64,000 bases of DNA, taken from positions 32,001 through 96,000 of the forward strand of contig JBHIAH010000004.1 in NCBI GenBank assembly GCA_046758505.1, in the 5' to 3' direction. Positions within the stretch are counted from its first letter, which is position 1, and each line of letters starts with the position of its first letter. A model generated the notes under the pieces. That model had not been told where the DNA came from. It made no database searches and worked only from the letters and a program-made list of their open reading frames with translations. A program made the position numbers and the translations under genes. The DNA comes from Candidatus Methylomirabilales bacterium. GTDB taxonomy: Bacteria; Methylomirabilota; Methylomirabilia; Methylomirabilales; CSP1-5. Below, one piece after another: positions 41,261-50,794 of the stretch.

Positions 41261-43942
41261 TCACCGGGGCTTCTCCCCTTCCCGCCCGGCCATCAGCCGC
41301 CGGATGACTTCAGGAACACGACCAAGGGCCTCGTCGAGCGTCGAGGGATCCTTTCCTCCCGCCTCGGCCAAGTCAGCCCGGCCGCCCCCCTCCCCTCCGG
41401 TCATCCGCGCCAACTCTCGCACGAGGTGCCCGGCGTGCAGGCGCGCCATGATGTCCCCAGTCACGCCGGTAACCCACCCCACCCGCTTCTCGATCACCGT
41501 GCCCAGAACGACCACCCCCGACCCGAGCTTTGTCCGGAGTCGGTCTACCAGGTCCCGAAGGCCCTTCTGGTCGAAATGCTCGACCCGCCCCCGGACCACG
41601 GGAAACCCTTCAACAATCTCGACCTGATTCAGCAAATCCTCAACCACGGTAGCCGCCAAACGGCTCCGAAGCCGCTGAATCTCTTGTTCCAACTCTCCCC
41701 CGCGTCGACTCAGCCTATCCACTCGCTCCGGAAGTTCGAGCGGCCGCGCCTTTAATGCCTCAGCCGATTCCTGGAGCGCGGCCTCTTCCCGCAGGAGGAA
41801 GTCATAGGCCCCGGCACCGGTGTAAGCTTCCAGGCGGCGGATGCCGGCCGCCACCCCGCTCTCGCTGCCGATCTTGCAGATCCCGATCTCGCCGATGGCT
41901 CGGGCATGCGTCCCGCCGCAGAGCTCCAGTCCAAAGCCGGGCACGGCCACGACGCGAACCCGATCGGCATACTTATCGGCAAAGAAGGCCCTCGCCCCGC
42001 GCGCGATGGCTTCCTCATACGGCACACCATCCTCGATGACGACGGGAAGATTTCGCCAGAGCTGTTCGTTCACCATCCGTTCGAGACGGGCGATCTCCGA
42101 CGCCGTGAGTGGTCCGAAGTGGCGAAAATCGAAACGCAGGCGGTCGGGGGCCACCAGCGACCCCTCCTGCCGGACGTGGTCTCCCAGGACGCGGTGGAGG
42201 CCCTCGTGGATCAGGTGGGTTGCCGTGTGGTTCCTGACGATCAGCCCCCGCCGTTCCTCATCAATGGCCGCCAACAGACGCTCCCCTCTCCGAATCGTCC
42301 CCCGTACCACCCGGACCCGATGGACCGCCAGGCCGGGGAGGGGGCGCTGGACATCCAAGACGTTCGCCGCCCCGTGCGCCCCCGCGAGGATGCCGACGTC
42401 TGCGACCTGTCCTCCCGCCTCGGCGTAATAGGGGGTGCGGTCCAGAATGATCTCCGCCTCCTCCCCCTCCCGGACGGTCTCGGTCTGCTGTCCCCCCTTC
42501 ACGATCGCGACCACCTCCGCCTCTACCTTCATCTGGTCGTACCCGACGAAGGTGGTCGCGGACGATGTCGCCAGATCCTGGATGACGGGGGAGACCTCAG
42601 CCCCTTTGAACCAGGCCGCCCCGTGCAGGCGCGCCCGGTCCCGCTGCCGCTCAAGCTCCCGGTCAAAATCCTCCCAGGCGCATTCGATTCCCTGTTCGCC
42701 GGCTACCTCATCGACAATGTCTCGCGGGAGACCGTAGGTATCGTACAGCTTGAACAGGGTTTCGCCGCCCAGGCGCTGGGCTTGGCCGCCCCCCTTCGCC
42801 GCCGCGATGGCCTCTTCGAGCCGCGGGATCGCCATCTGCAGGGTATGACCAAAGCGCTCTTCTTCGGCTGCCGTCTCGCGCGCCACACGGTCACGCGTCC
42901 CCTCAAGCTCGGGATATTGCCCCTTCATGAGATCGACCACCCGCCCGGTCATCCGTGCCAGGAACGGTCCTTCCAGGCCGAGGAGCTTCCCATGACGCAG
43001 GGCCCGTCGCACGATCCGCCTCAGGACGTAGCCCCGCCCCTCATTGCTCGGGAAGATGCCGTCGCTCTGCAAAAAGGTGACGGCCCGGGCATGATCGGCG
43101 ATCACCCGCATGGACACATCGTCCCGTTCCTTGGCACCATAGGCCTGCCCACTCAGTTCTTCCACAACGGTGATGAGAGGTTGCAGGAGATCGGTGTCGA
43201 AGTTGCTCACCACGCCTTGGACGACGGCGACTATCCGCTCGAGGCCGGCCCCCGTGTCGATACTCGGCTTCGGTAGTGGGGTGAGCGTCCCGCCGGCATC
43301 TCGGTTAAACTGCATAAAAACCAGATTCCACAGCTCCAGGTATCGGTCACAGTCACACTCGATGGTGCACGAGGGGCGCCCACACCCCACCTCGGGCCCC
43401 TGATCGATAACGATTTCGGAGCAGGGTCCGCAGGGACCCGTGTCTCCCATCGCCCAGAAGTTGTCCTTTTCCCCGAGGCGAACGATACGACCGGTGGGCA
43501 CGCCAGCCACCGTCTGCCACAACTGAAAGGCCTCATCGTCATCCGTGTAGACCGTTGCCCAGAGGCGCTCCGGCGGCAGACCGAGGTCCACCGTCATCCA
43601 CTCCCAGGCGTAGGTGATGGCGGCTTCTTTGAAATAGTCGCCGAAGGAAAAGTTGCCGAGCATTTCGAAAAACGTATGGTGTCTGGCCGTCTTCCCCACG
43701 TTTTCGAGATCGTTATGCTTCCCGCCAGCCCGGACACACTTCTGGCACGACGTCGCCCGGCTGTACGGTCGCTGCTCGTGTCCGAGGAAGCAGTCCTTGA
43801 ACTGCACCATTCCGGCATTGGTAAAGAGGAGCGTGGGATCCGCCCGGGGAACCAAGGAGGAACTCGGAACGATGGCATGTCCTCGCGAGGCAAAAAAGTC
43901 CAGGAAGGACTGCCGAACCTCCGCTCCAGTCAGCTTCCGCAT
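41261..43942 (-). CDS. alaS: Alanine--tRNA ligase
   Basis: FTNAGM, HHTFFEMLGNFSFGDY, HTATH...ELCGGTH editing motif, GGG C-Ala domain. Confidence 0.98.
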   Translation of the reverse strand: MRKLTGAEVRQSFLDFFASRGHAIVPSSSLVPRADPTLLFTNAGMVQFKDCFLGHEQRPYSRATSCQKCVRAGGKHNDLENVGKTARHHTFFEMLGNFSFGDYFKEAAITYAWEWMTVDLGLPPERLWATVYTDDDEAFQLWQTVAGVPTGRIVRLGEKDNFWAMGDTGPCGPCSEIVIDQGPEVGCGRPSCTIECDCDRYLELWNLVFMQFNRDAGGTLTPLPKPSIDTGAGLERIVAVVQGVVSNFDTDLLQPLITVVEELSGQAYGAKERDDVSMRVIADHARAVTFLQSDGIFPSNEGRGYVLRRIVRRALRHGKLLGLEGPFLARMTGRVVDLMKGQYPELEGTRDRVARETAAEEERFGHTLQMAIPRLEEAIAAAKGGGQAQRLGGETLFKLYDTYGLPRDIVDEVAGEQGIECAWEDFDRELERQRDRARLHGAAWFKGAEVSPVIQDLATSSATTFVGYDQMKVEAEVVAIVKGGQQTETVREGEEAEIILDRTPYYAEAGGQVADVGILAGAHGAANVLDVQRPLPGLAVHRVRVVRGTIRRGERLLAAIDEERRGLIVRNHTATHLIHEGLHRVLGDHVRQEGSLVAPDRLRFDFRHFGPLTASEIARLERMVNEQLWRNLPVVIEDGVPYEEAIARGARAFFADKYADRVRVVAVPGFGLELCGGTHARAIGEIGICKIGSESGVAAGIRRLEAYTGAGAYDFLLREEAALQESAEALKARPLELPERVDRLSRRGGELEQEIQRLRSRLAATVVEDLLNQVEIVEGFPVVRGRVEHFDQKGLRDLVDRLRTKLGSGVVVLGTVIEKRVGWVTGVTGDIMARLHAGHLVRELARMTGGEGGGRADLAEAGGKDPSTLDEALGRVPEVIRRLMAGREGEKPR

Positions 43943-43981
43943 GACCTCTCCCCATGATGGCCAGAGAAACTGTAAATAAAG

Positions 43982-44010
43982 ATATTAAAGCCCAAGCCTG
44001 AAATTGTCAA
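43982..44010 (-). promoter_or_regulatory. sigma70 promoter for alaS
   Basis: TTGACA-N17-TAATAT on minus. Confidence 0.7.
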
Positions 44011-44102
44011 GAAAATGCAGAACTTTAGCCGGGAGAGGCGAGGACCCTTCAAGGAATTTTTCAGGGGATTCCCAGGCACGCGCGAGGTGGCAGTCGTACG
44101 GA

Positions 44103-44275
44103 GCAAGCAGCAGCGGCCAGCAGATTTTCGGCTGTCGGCATGCAGGCCTCAGTCGTTTTGAAGCTAACAGCGGTCGGGAGCCAGCAATCCGCATGCAGCT
44201 TTCGTGACGTCATGGATGCGTTCGGATTCCCGCCGACTGCCGACTGCTCGTTCCTGACTGCGGACAGCTGATGGC
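44103..44275. repeat. Degenerate inverted heptamer-repeat element
   Basis: GCGGTCG/GGAGCCA/GCAATCC/GCATGCA vs GCCGACT/GCCGACT/GCTCGTT/CCTGACT/GCGGACA/GCTGATG. Confidence 0.6.
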
Positions 44276-44302
44276 CATGACGCATCTGCTTTCGGAGGGA
44301 TG

Positions 44303-44788
44303 CTAATATTTATCCTTCACAAGGGTGGTGACGGTCCGCCGGACCGTCTCTGAAGAGAACCCGCGCCGCAGTAAGTACGCCGCAAGGCGACGTCGCACGA
44401 CATTGGGAGAAAGACGGCCCAGGGCCTTCAGGCGCCTCGCCGCTCCCGCCCGGGCTATCTCTTCCTCGTTAATCTCCTGAAATACCTCCCGAACCGTGGC
44501 CTTGACGATCTCCTCCGCAACGCCCTTGTCCCGCAGTTCCCCTTGCAGCCGGCGGGAGCTGATGTGGCGACTCTGGACACGCGTCCGCGCGTGATGCAGG
44601 GCAAAGGCGCGATCATCGACGAGCCCGCGGGCTGTGAGATTCTGGACGACGCCTGAGATCACCTCGGCGGCGAAGCCCCGGCGCCGGAGCCGGTCGACGA
44701 TCTCGTGGCAGGACCGGGCCCGAACAGCGAGGAGGCGAAGGGCCGCCCGGGTGGCGGCGTCCCAATCCGCGGACGACGGTGAGGGCAT
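44303..44788 (-). CDS. recX: Regulatory protein RecX
   Basis: ALRLLAVRARS..E, DDRAFA, YLLRRGF; downstream of recA. Confidence 0.88.
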   Translation of the reverse strand: MPSPSSADWDAATRAALRLLAVRARSCHEIVDRLRRRGFAAEVISGVVQNLTARGLVDDRAFALHHARTRVQSRHISSRRLQGELRDKGVAEEIVKATVREVFQEINEEEIARAGAARRLKALGRLSPNVVRRRLAAYLLRRGFSSETVRRTVTTLVKDKY

Positions 44789-44794
44789 GAAGGG

Positions 44795-45943
44795 TTAGCC
44801 GGTCAGTGGTTCCAAGCCGGAAACCTTGGCCTGTTCCTCCCCAGGACTCCGCGACGCACCGGCCTCCCAGGTGGGTTCGATGCCGCGAACCCGCAGGGCA
44901 AAATCATCCGGGTTGGACGCCCAGAGCAGCGCCTCCTCGTACGTGATGAGGCCGCGTGCGTACAGTGTCATCAGGGACTGATCAAATGTCTGCATACCGT
45001 ACTGACTCTGCCCGGCGGCGATGAAGTCGGGGATCTTTCGGGTCTTGTCCGAATCGAGAATACATTCCCGCATGGTCGCCGTGACCACCATGACCTCCGC
45101 CGCCGGAACCCGCCCCCGCCCGTCGGCACGCGGGATGAGGCGCATGGAGATGATCCCCTTGAGCAACGAGGCAAGTTGGAGGCGCACCTGCCGCTGCTGG
45201 TAGGGCGGAAAGACTGAGATGATGCGGTTGATGGTTTCCGTGGCATCGACCGTATGGAGGGTGCTCATGACCAAATGACCCGTCTCGGCCGCCAGAATGG
45301 CTGTGGAGATCGTTTCGTAATCCCGCATCTCCCCGACCAGGATCACATCGGGGTCTTGCCGAAGGGCGCTCCGAAGCGCCTCGGCAAAGCTCTCGGTGTC
45401 GGTTCCCACCTCCCGTTGGTTAACCAGACACTTCTTGTCTCGCATGAGATACTCGATGGGGTCCTCGATGGTGATGATATGGGCCGTGCGGTGCGTGTTC
45501 ATATGTTCGACCATGGTCGCCAGGGTCGTTGTTTTCCCAGTCCCGGTCGCTCCGGTGACCAGGATCAAGCCACGGGTTTCCATGGACATCTTCTCCACGA
45601 CTGGGGGAAGATTCAACTCCTCGATGCTCTGGATCTTGATGGGGATGACCCGCATCACCATCCCGATGGTTGAGCGCTGCTGGAAGATGTTGACACGAAA
45701 GCGCCCGAGGCCCGGCACGCTGTACGCCATATCGATCTCGCGCTTCTCTTTGAAGGTCTCTCGCTGATTCTCGTTCATCACGGAGAAAATCATTCGAATC
45801 GCATCCTCTTGGCTGATCCGGGGCTTCTCGCTCAGGGGAATCAAGCGGTTGTCGATTCGAATGACCGGCGGGCTGCCCACCTTGATATGCAGGTCCGAGG
45901 CCTTCCGCTCAACGGCGATCTTTGCCAGCTCTCCAAGGTCCAT
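44795..45943 (-). CDS. pilT: PilT/PilU-family pilus retraction ATPase
   Basis: ASDLHI, GATGTGKTT, TIEDPIE, LRQDPDVILVGEMRD, GMQTFDQ. Confidence 0.88.
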   Translation of the reverse strand: MDLGELAKIAVERKASDLHIKVGSPPVIRIDNRLIPLSEKPRISQEDAIRMIFSVMNENQRETFKEKREIDMAYSVPGLGRFRVNIFQQRSTIGMVMRVIPIKIQSIEELNLPPVVEKMSMETRGLILVTGATGTGKTTTLATMVEHMNTHRTAHIITIEDPIEYLMRDKKCLVNQREVGTDTESFAEALRSALRQDPDVILVGEMRDYETISTAILAAETGHLVMSTLHTVDATETINRIISVFPPYQQRQVRLQLASLLKGIISMRLIPRADGRGRVPAAEVMVVTATMRECILDSDKTRKIPDFIAAGQSQYGMQTFDQSLMTLYARGLITYEEALLWASNPDDFALRVRGIEPTWEAGASRSPGEEQAKVSGLEPLTG

Positions 45944-46072
45944 GATCCCTCCGGCAATTTCCGTTTTTCAGCAGCAGGCATGCATTTTCTATGCCGAACT
46001 GGAAGACCCCGGCCGGACCCCCGTCCCCTTCCCGACTCGGCGAGAGCCGAGGGCCGATCGACGCCAGGGGGA

Positions 46073-47095
46073 TCAGGCCCCCTCAGACTTTTGGGCGCCG
46101 TTCATCCCCAAAAGGGTCCGCAGCTTTTTGTCGATCTCGGCCACAACCGTCGGGTTTTCCACCAGGAACCGCTTCGCGTTTTCACGCCCCTGGCCGATCC
46201 GTTCCCCTCCGTACGAGTACCAAGCGCCGCTCTTCTCAATCACCTTGTGGGCCACCCCGAGGTCGAGGAGGCTCGACGTACGGGAGATGCCTTCCCCAAA
46301 AATCACGTCGAACTCGGACTCCCTGAAGGGGGGCGCAATCTTATTTTTGACCACTCGCACGCGCACGCGGGATCCGATCACCCGATCTCCATCCTTGATC
46401 GACGCCACCCTGCGGATGTCGAGCCGAACGGAAGCATAAAATTTGAGGGCCCGACCCCCCGTGGTCGTCTCCGGGTTGCCGAACATCACGCCGATCTTTT
46501 CCCGGATCTGATTGATGAATACCACGCAGGTTCTGGATTTCGAGATCGCTGCCGCGAGCTTCCGAAGCGCCTGCGACATGAGGCGAGCCTGCAGTCCCAT
46601 GGTCGGCTCCCCCATCTCCCCCTCGATCTCGGCCCGGGGGACCAAGGCGGCCACCGAGTCAATCACAATTACATCCACCGCACCGCTGCGGACCAGGATC
46701 TCCGTAATCTCCAAAGCCTGCTCGCCTGTGTCTGGCTGAGAAATCAGCAGATCGTCTACCTTGACCCCCAACGCCTCCGCATACCTCGGATCCAGCGCGT
46801 GCTCCGCATCGACAAAGGCGGCCCCGCCCCCCAGCTGTTGCGCCTCCGCAATGATGTGGAGCGCCAGGGTGGTCTTCCCTGAAGATTCCGGACCAAAGAT
46901 TTCGACCACCCGCCCCCGGGGCACCCCACCGATGCCAAGCGCATAATCCAGTTCGAGTGCGCCGGTAGGGATGGCAGCCACCGCCTCCAGGGCCCCGGTC
47001 GTCCCCAGACGCATGATCGCCCCTTTTCCGTACATCTTCTCGATCTGGGTAATGGCCAGATCTCGTGCCCGATCCCGTTCCTGCTTTTCACCCAT
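46073..47095 (-). CDS. recA: Recombinase A
   Basis: [36 protein letters not shown]. Confidence 0.99.
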   Translation of the reverse strand: MGEKQERDRARDLAITQIEKMYGKGAIMRLGTTGALEAVAAIPTGALELDYALGIGGVPRGRVVEIFGPESSGKTTLALHIIAEAQQLGGGAAFVDAEHALDPRYAEALGVKVDDLLISQPDTGEQALEITEILVRSGAVDVIVIDSVAALVPRAEIEGEMGEPTMGLQARLMSQALRKLAAAISKSRTCVVFINQIREKIGVMFGNPETTTGGRALKFYASVRLDIRRVASIKDGDRVIGSRVRVRVVKNKIAPPFRESEFDVIFGEGISRTSSLLDLGVAHKVIEKSGAWYSYGGERIGQGRENAKRFLVENPTVVAEIDKKLRTLLGMNGAQKSEGA

Positions 47096-47152
47096 CCCCC
47101 ACCCTCCGTTCTGAAAGGCGCCGTCGTTCGCCCGCTGCCTCTTTCTGGCTGG

Positions 47153-47181
47153 AAATTATGCCATTTTTCTTCACGTGTCAA
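47153..47181 (-). promoter_or_regulatory. sigma70 promoter for recA
   Basis: TTGACA-N17-TAATTT on minus. Confidence 0.55.
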
Positions 47182-47394
47182 CCGGCTCTCGTGCGGTTTC
47201 CCGCCCAGAGAGAAGGCACCATTCAACGAAGCGCATTTCTCGAATCGCGGCGGGCAAGCGGCCCGACAGGTGCCACGGAAAGGGGCTAGAAATGGGGGAA
47301 GGGGTCTGACAGGACCCAATTCCGGCCGGGGCGGACATCAGAGAACAGGCGCTATCCGGGGCGCAGGACGTTTCCGCTGGGGACCCGGAGAGAG

Positions 47395-47874
47395 TTACAC
47401 CTCTAACTTCTTTTCCAACTCGCTGAGCTTTGCTTTCAGGGAGTCCAACTCCGCCTTCAAGCTCGATGGGGTCTCATGCGGGGCGGGCTCCCGGCCGAGC
47501 GCCATCTCACCCCCCCCTCCCAGCCCTGCCCACTGCTTGATCCCCTTTTCCGCCTCGCGCTGCATGGAGATCAAGGCGTCCAGATTGGACGCAAGGTACT
47601 GGCGGAAAATATCGTGGTACATCTCTCCGTACTTGATGAGCTGGTGGAGAAACGGAACGGGAAGGAGATTCCGTCGCTTCTCTTCTTCGAGAAGAATCTG
47701 GACCAGGGTAATGTTGGTCAGGTCTTCCTGGGTCTCGGCGTCCACGATCTTGACCTGACCTCCTTGGCGGATCAGTTCGGCGATCTCCTCGAGCGTGATA
47801 TACCGACTCCGGTTGAGATCGTAGAGCTTGCGGTTACTGTACTTCTTAATCAGAATCTGCTCGTGTGTCACCAC
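47395..47874 (-). CDS. phaR: Polyhydroxyalkanoate synthesis regulator PhaR-like
   Basis: IKKYSNRKLYD...YITLEEI...DAETQEDLT...LVQI DNA-binding domain. Confidence 0.85.
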   Translation of the reverse strand: MVTHEQILIKKYSNRKLYDLNRSRYITLEEIAELIRQGGQVKIVDAETQEDLTNITLVQILLEEEKRRNLLPVPFLHQLIKYGEMYHDIFRQYLASNLDALISMQREAEKGIKQWAGLGGGGEMALGREPAPHETPSSLKAELDSLKAKLSELEKKLEV

Positions 47875-48226
47875 GCCTCCGCCGTGCCGCCTGACGTGTG
47901 GCTGGCCGCGATTCTCGCCGGCCTTCCGTCCTCAGGAGTTGATCCACCTTCCCCGTGAGAGTCTCCACCTCGCCCTGGAGGCGCTGCAATGCCTCGAGCA
48001 CTCGCTCGACATCACGCGTGGACGGAAGGTGTAAGGCTTGAAGATACGTGTGCAGCGCCTGGTCGATGTGTTCCTTGAGATTCAGAGAACTTTCGAGGCC
48101 TTTCCCCATCGTCGCCAGCATCAGGGGACTGCGCAGAAAGGTATCCATGCCCTCTGACATCATCTTCTGCCAGGCCGCAAGCATCTCCCGGTATACGTCC
48201 TTTTCCCCCGCCCGCTCCTCGCTCAT
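47846..48226 (-). CDS. PhaE-like/PHA-associated coiled-coil protein
   Basis: Short helical protein with LHLPSTRDV motif then coiled coil, as in the PhaE C-terminus; adjacent to phaR. Confidence 0.6.
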   Translation of the reverse strand: MSEERAGEKDVYREMLAAWQKMMSEGMDTFLRSPLMLATMGKGLESSLNLKEHIDQALHTYLQALHLPSTRDVERVLEALQRLQGEVETLTGKVDQLLRTEGRRESRPATRQAARRRRGDTRADSD

Positions 48227-48329
48227 CTTCGCCCCGTGCGTCGAGAAGACACCCCGCCTGCGCTTCCGCGCCGCCCCTCCGGCGAACGCTCGAAGTGTCC
48301 TCCCCGACCCCCAGAGGGCCTCCATCTGC

Positions 48330-48358
48330 AGGATACCAGAGGGGTATAGGCCTGTCAA
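48330..48358 (-). promoter_or_regulatory. sigma70 promoter for phaE-like/phaR
   Basis: TTGACA-N17-TATCCT on minus. Confidence 0.6.
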
Positions 48359-48586
48359 AGCTGAAATGCCACTCTGCGTCACGAAAAAACCTGAGCTTCG
48401 ATGCCGCCGGGGCGAACCCCAGCCAATCTCCACAAAACTAATGGAGTACGACTCTCGGGCCGGCGTCTCGCCTGTCTCCTCTTCCTTTCCTCTCCGGCCG
48501 ATCTTTCAGAATCCACTTCAAGGACGCGCTTGAGTTTCAAGGATCAGCTGAAGTTTTTCCGCGGGATGGACAGGACAGAACAGGAC

Positions 48587-48617
48587 AAAAAAAGAAGGGG
48601 GGCTTCTGCCCCCCTCC
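48587..48617 (-). terminator. Intrinsic terminator
   Basis: G/C-rich stem around an AGAA loop (minus strand) followed by a T run. Confidence 0.75.
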
Positions 48618-48634
48618 GCGGATTCGACCCCCGA

Positions 48635-48826
48635 CTACAGGTCGGATCGAAACTTGATGGCCCCGCACTTGTCGCAACGCAGGGCCGTTCTTCCCCGACC
48701 ATTGCCCGCAAGGTACTGGACCCACATCATCTTGGATCCGTCGGCGGGGCAGGTGTACACCCGGGCGGCCTGACCATTGGTCTCCCGGGAGGCCAGCTTG
48801 GCCAACTTCCTCTCTCCCTTGGCCAT
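48635..48826 (-). CDS. Small putative zinc-ribbon protein
   Basis: GAGGAGG SD; CPAD and CDKC pairs; own promoter and terminator. Confidence 0.7.
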   Translation of the reverse strand: MAKGERKLAKLASRETNGQAARVYTCPADGSKMMWVQYLAGNGRGRTALRCDKCGAIKFRSDL

Positions 48827-48869
48827 GGAACGGTTTCACCTCCTCTCGCGCCCAGAAAGCAACCGCGCG

Positions 48870-48898
48870 ACGATACGAGGTGACGATGCGCCTGTCAA
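48870..48898 (-). promoter_or_regulatory. sigma70 promoter for the small Zn-ribbon gene
   Basis: TTGACA-N17-TATCGT on minus. Confidence 0.6.
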
Positions 48899-48923
48899 GA
48901 GGATTTTTGGCAAGCCACGACGG

Positions 48924-49883
48924 TTAGGAGCGGGCAAGGGAGCGGACGAGCGCTGCCAGGTGAGCCGGGGTGGTCCCACAGCAGCCGCCGAGGATCGCCG
49001 GCCGGGACGCCAGCAGGAGGGGAAGGGAGCGCACCCAGCCTTCCGGGTTCTGCGGATCGATCCCCGGTTTTTCTTGTCCGTCGGGGAGCCCTGCATGCGG
49101 TTGGGCAATGAGCGGCAGGGCTGTCGCCTCCCGCATCTGCCGGAGGACCTCCCCCGCATCCGCTGTATCCATGCAGTTGCACCCCACCGCCTGAGCCGCG
49201 GAAAGCTCCCGGGCGGCCTCGTGGGGGGAAGCACCGTCCAGGGTACACAGGCCTCTCCCATGCTGGAAAAACACGAGGCTGACTGCCACGGGAACGGCCG
49301 AACCCTGTTGCGCCCCCGCAAGAGCCACCTGCGCCTCGGCCAGGTGGCTCATGGTCTCGATCATGATCAGATCAACCCCCCCGTCATTCAGGTGGGATAC
49401 CTGCTCCGCGAACGCAGAGCCGATCTCGCTCCACGGACCCTTGCGCTTTCCCCCCTGGAAACGCCCCGTCGGCCCCACAGCGCCAGCCACGAGATGCGCG
49501 GCGCTCCCGGCCCTCCGGGCGAGCTGAACGGCCGCCCCGTTGATGTCTGCAACCCGCCCCTCGAGACCGTACTCCTGCAGCCGAAGACGGTTTGCCCCAA
49601 AGGTGTTGGTCTCAAGCAGATCACATCCGACAGCCAGGTAGGCCTCGTGGATTTCGTGCACCGTCTGTGGCCGAGTCAGATTCCAACGCTCCGGCGGGTC
49701 TCCCCGCTGGAGGCCCTTCGCGTGAAGCATCGTCCCAAGCGCCCCGTCGGCCACCAGGAGCCCCCCCGTGGCAAGCGGCTCACGAATCCCCCCCGTGCGT
49801 GCTCCAGGGAGGTTCTGCCCGTCAGGAGGGGGACGGAATGTCATGAGACCCCACCCACGCGGTGCCGTTACCCCGTCGTTCAC
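48924..49883 (-). CDS. Homocysteine S-methyltransferase family protein (stand-alone MetH-like Hcy-binding domain)
   Basis: ADGALGTML, ETNTFGAN, IETM, GCNC and GGCCGT Zn ligands. Confidence 0.85.
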   Translation of the reverse strand: MNDGVTAPRGWGLMTFRPPPDGQNLPGARTGGIREPLATGGLLVADGALGTMLHAKGLQRGDPPERWNLTRPQTVHEIHEAYLAVGCDLLETNTFGANRLRLQEYGLEGRVADINGAAVQLARRAGSAAHLVAGAVGPTGRFQGGKRKGPWSEIGSAFAEQVSHLNDGGVDLIMIETMSHLAEAQVALAGAQQGSAVPVAVSLVFFQHGRGLCTLDGASPHEAARELSAAQAVGCNCMDTADAGEVLRQMREATALPLIAQPHAGLPDGQEKPGIDPQNPEGWVRSLPLLLASRPAILGGCCGTTPAHLAALVRSLARS

Positions 49884-50674
49884 CCGGTGTCTCCTCCGAT
49901 GATCACGCGGCCCGGGTCGATTTCATCCCGCAGAACCGCCAGCTCTTCCCGTCTCGGCGGCTCGAGCACGTTGAGTTGTGTCGCCACCGATGGCTCAAAG
50001 CCCATCCCGTGGACGACCTGACCCGCCGATCGTCCCTCCAACACGCCGAGCAGGCGCATGCGCTTGGTCTCCTCGTCGAACCCGAAGAGGGCTTGCGACG
50101 TGACGACCCGGTAAGGCCCGGTCCTTCGGGGAAGTCCGGCCGCTTCCCGGGCCCCCAAACCGGCCAGGTACCCCGGGGACGTCATGAAGTCGAGCCGGTC
50201 GACGAAGCGGCGCGGCTCGTGCTTCAAAACGACAATCGTCTTCCAACAGAGGGAGGCTACTTCATTCCCCCCCCCACTTCCCGGGAACCGTCGTCCAGGC
50301 TGCTCGTAGGTCCCCCCGAGGAGGGTCGAATTCACGTTCCCGTACGCGTCCACCTGGAGGGCGCCGATCATCCCATAATCCAGGTACCCGGTGGCGGCAT
50401 AGGAAAACGCCCAGTTCATCGTCGTCCATTGGAGCGACCGGTACACGTTGGAAGCCCCCCCCATGGTGCCTCGGACGAAGGGGGTCAACGCCTGGGGGCC
50501 TATCGCGCCAAACTCGAAGACCTGGACCAGGTGGGGGGTGTAGAGTCTCTCGGCCAAGAGGGCCACGAGCTGGGGAATGCCCCAGCCGACAAAGACCGTC
50601 TTTCGATCTTCGAGCAGGCGGGCGGCAAGGCAGATCATGAATTCTGTGTCGGTGAAGGGGGGAGCGCCTTTCAT
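49880..50674 (-). CDS. Family I CoA-transferase beta subunit (glutaconate CoA-transferase-like)
   Basis: VFVGWGIP, VFEFG (catalytic Glu position), GALQVD.YGNVN, PGSGGGN, LDFMTSPG. Confidence 0.85.
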   Translation of the reverse strand: MKGAPPFTDTEFMICLAARLLEDRKTVFVGWGIPQLVALLAERLYTPHLVQVFEFGAIGPQALTPFVRGTMGGASNVYRSLQWTTMNWAFSYAATGYLDYGMIGALQVDAYGNVNSTLLGGTYEQPGRRFPGSGGGNEVASLCWKTIVVLKHEPRRFVDRLDFMTSPGYLAGLGAREAAGLPRRTGPYRVVTSQALFGFDEETKRMRLLGVLEGRSAGQVVHGMGFEPSVATQLNVLEPPRREELAVLRDEIDPGRVIIGGDTG

Positions 50675-50794
50675 GTCATCCGTAAACGGTATGGCTCATA
50701 GACGGTCCGCCTCCATTTTCTCCCCGCATCCATGCCGCAGCGGGGGCATGGCGGAACCACCCTTTGCCCGTCGATCCTCATCCGCACGCCGTCG

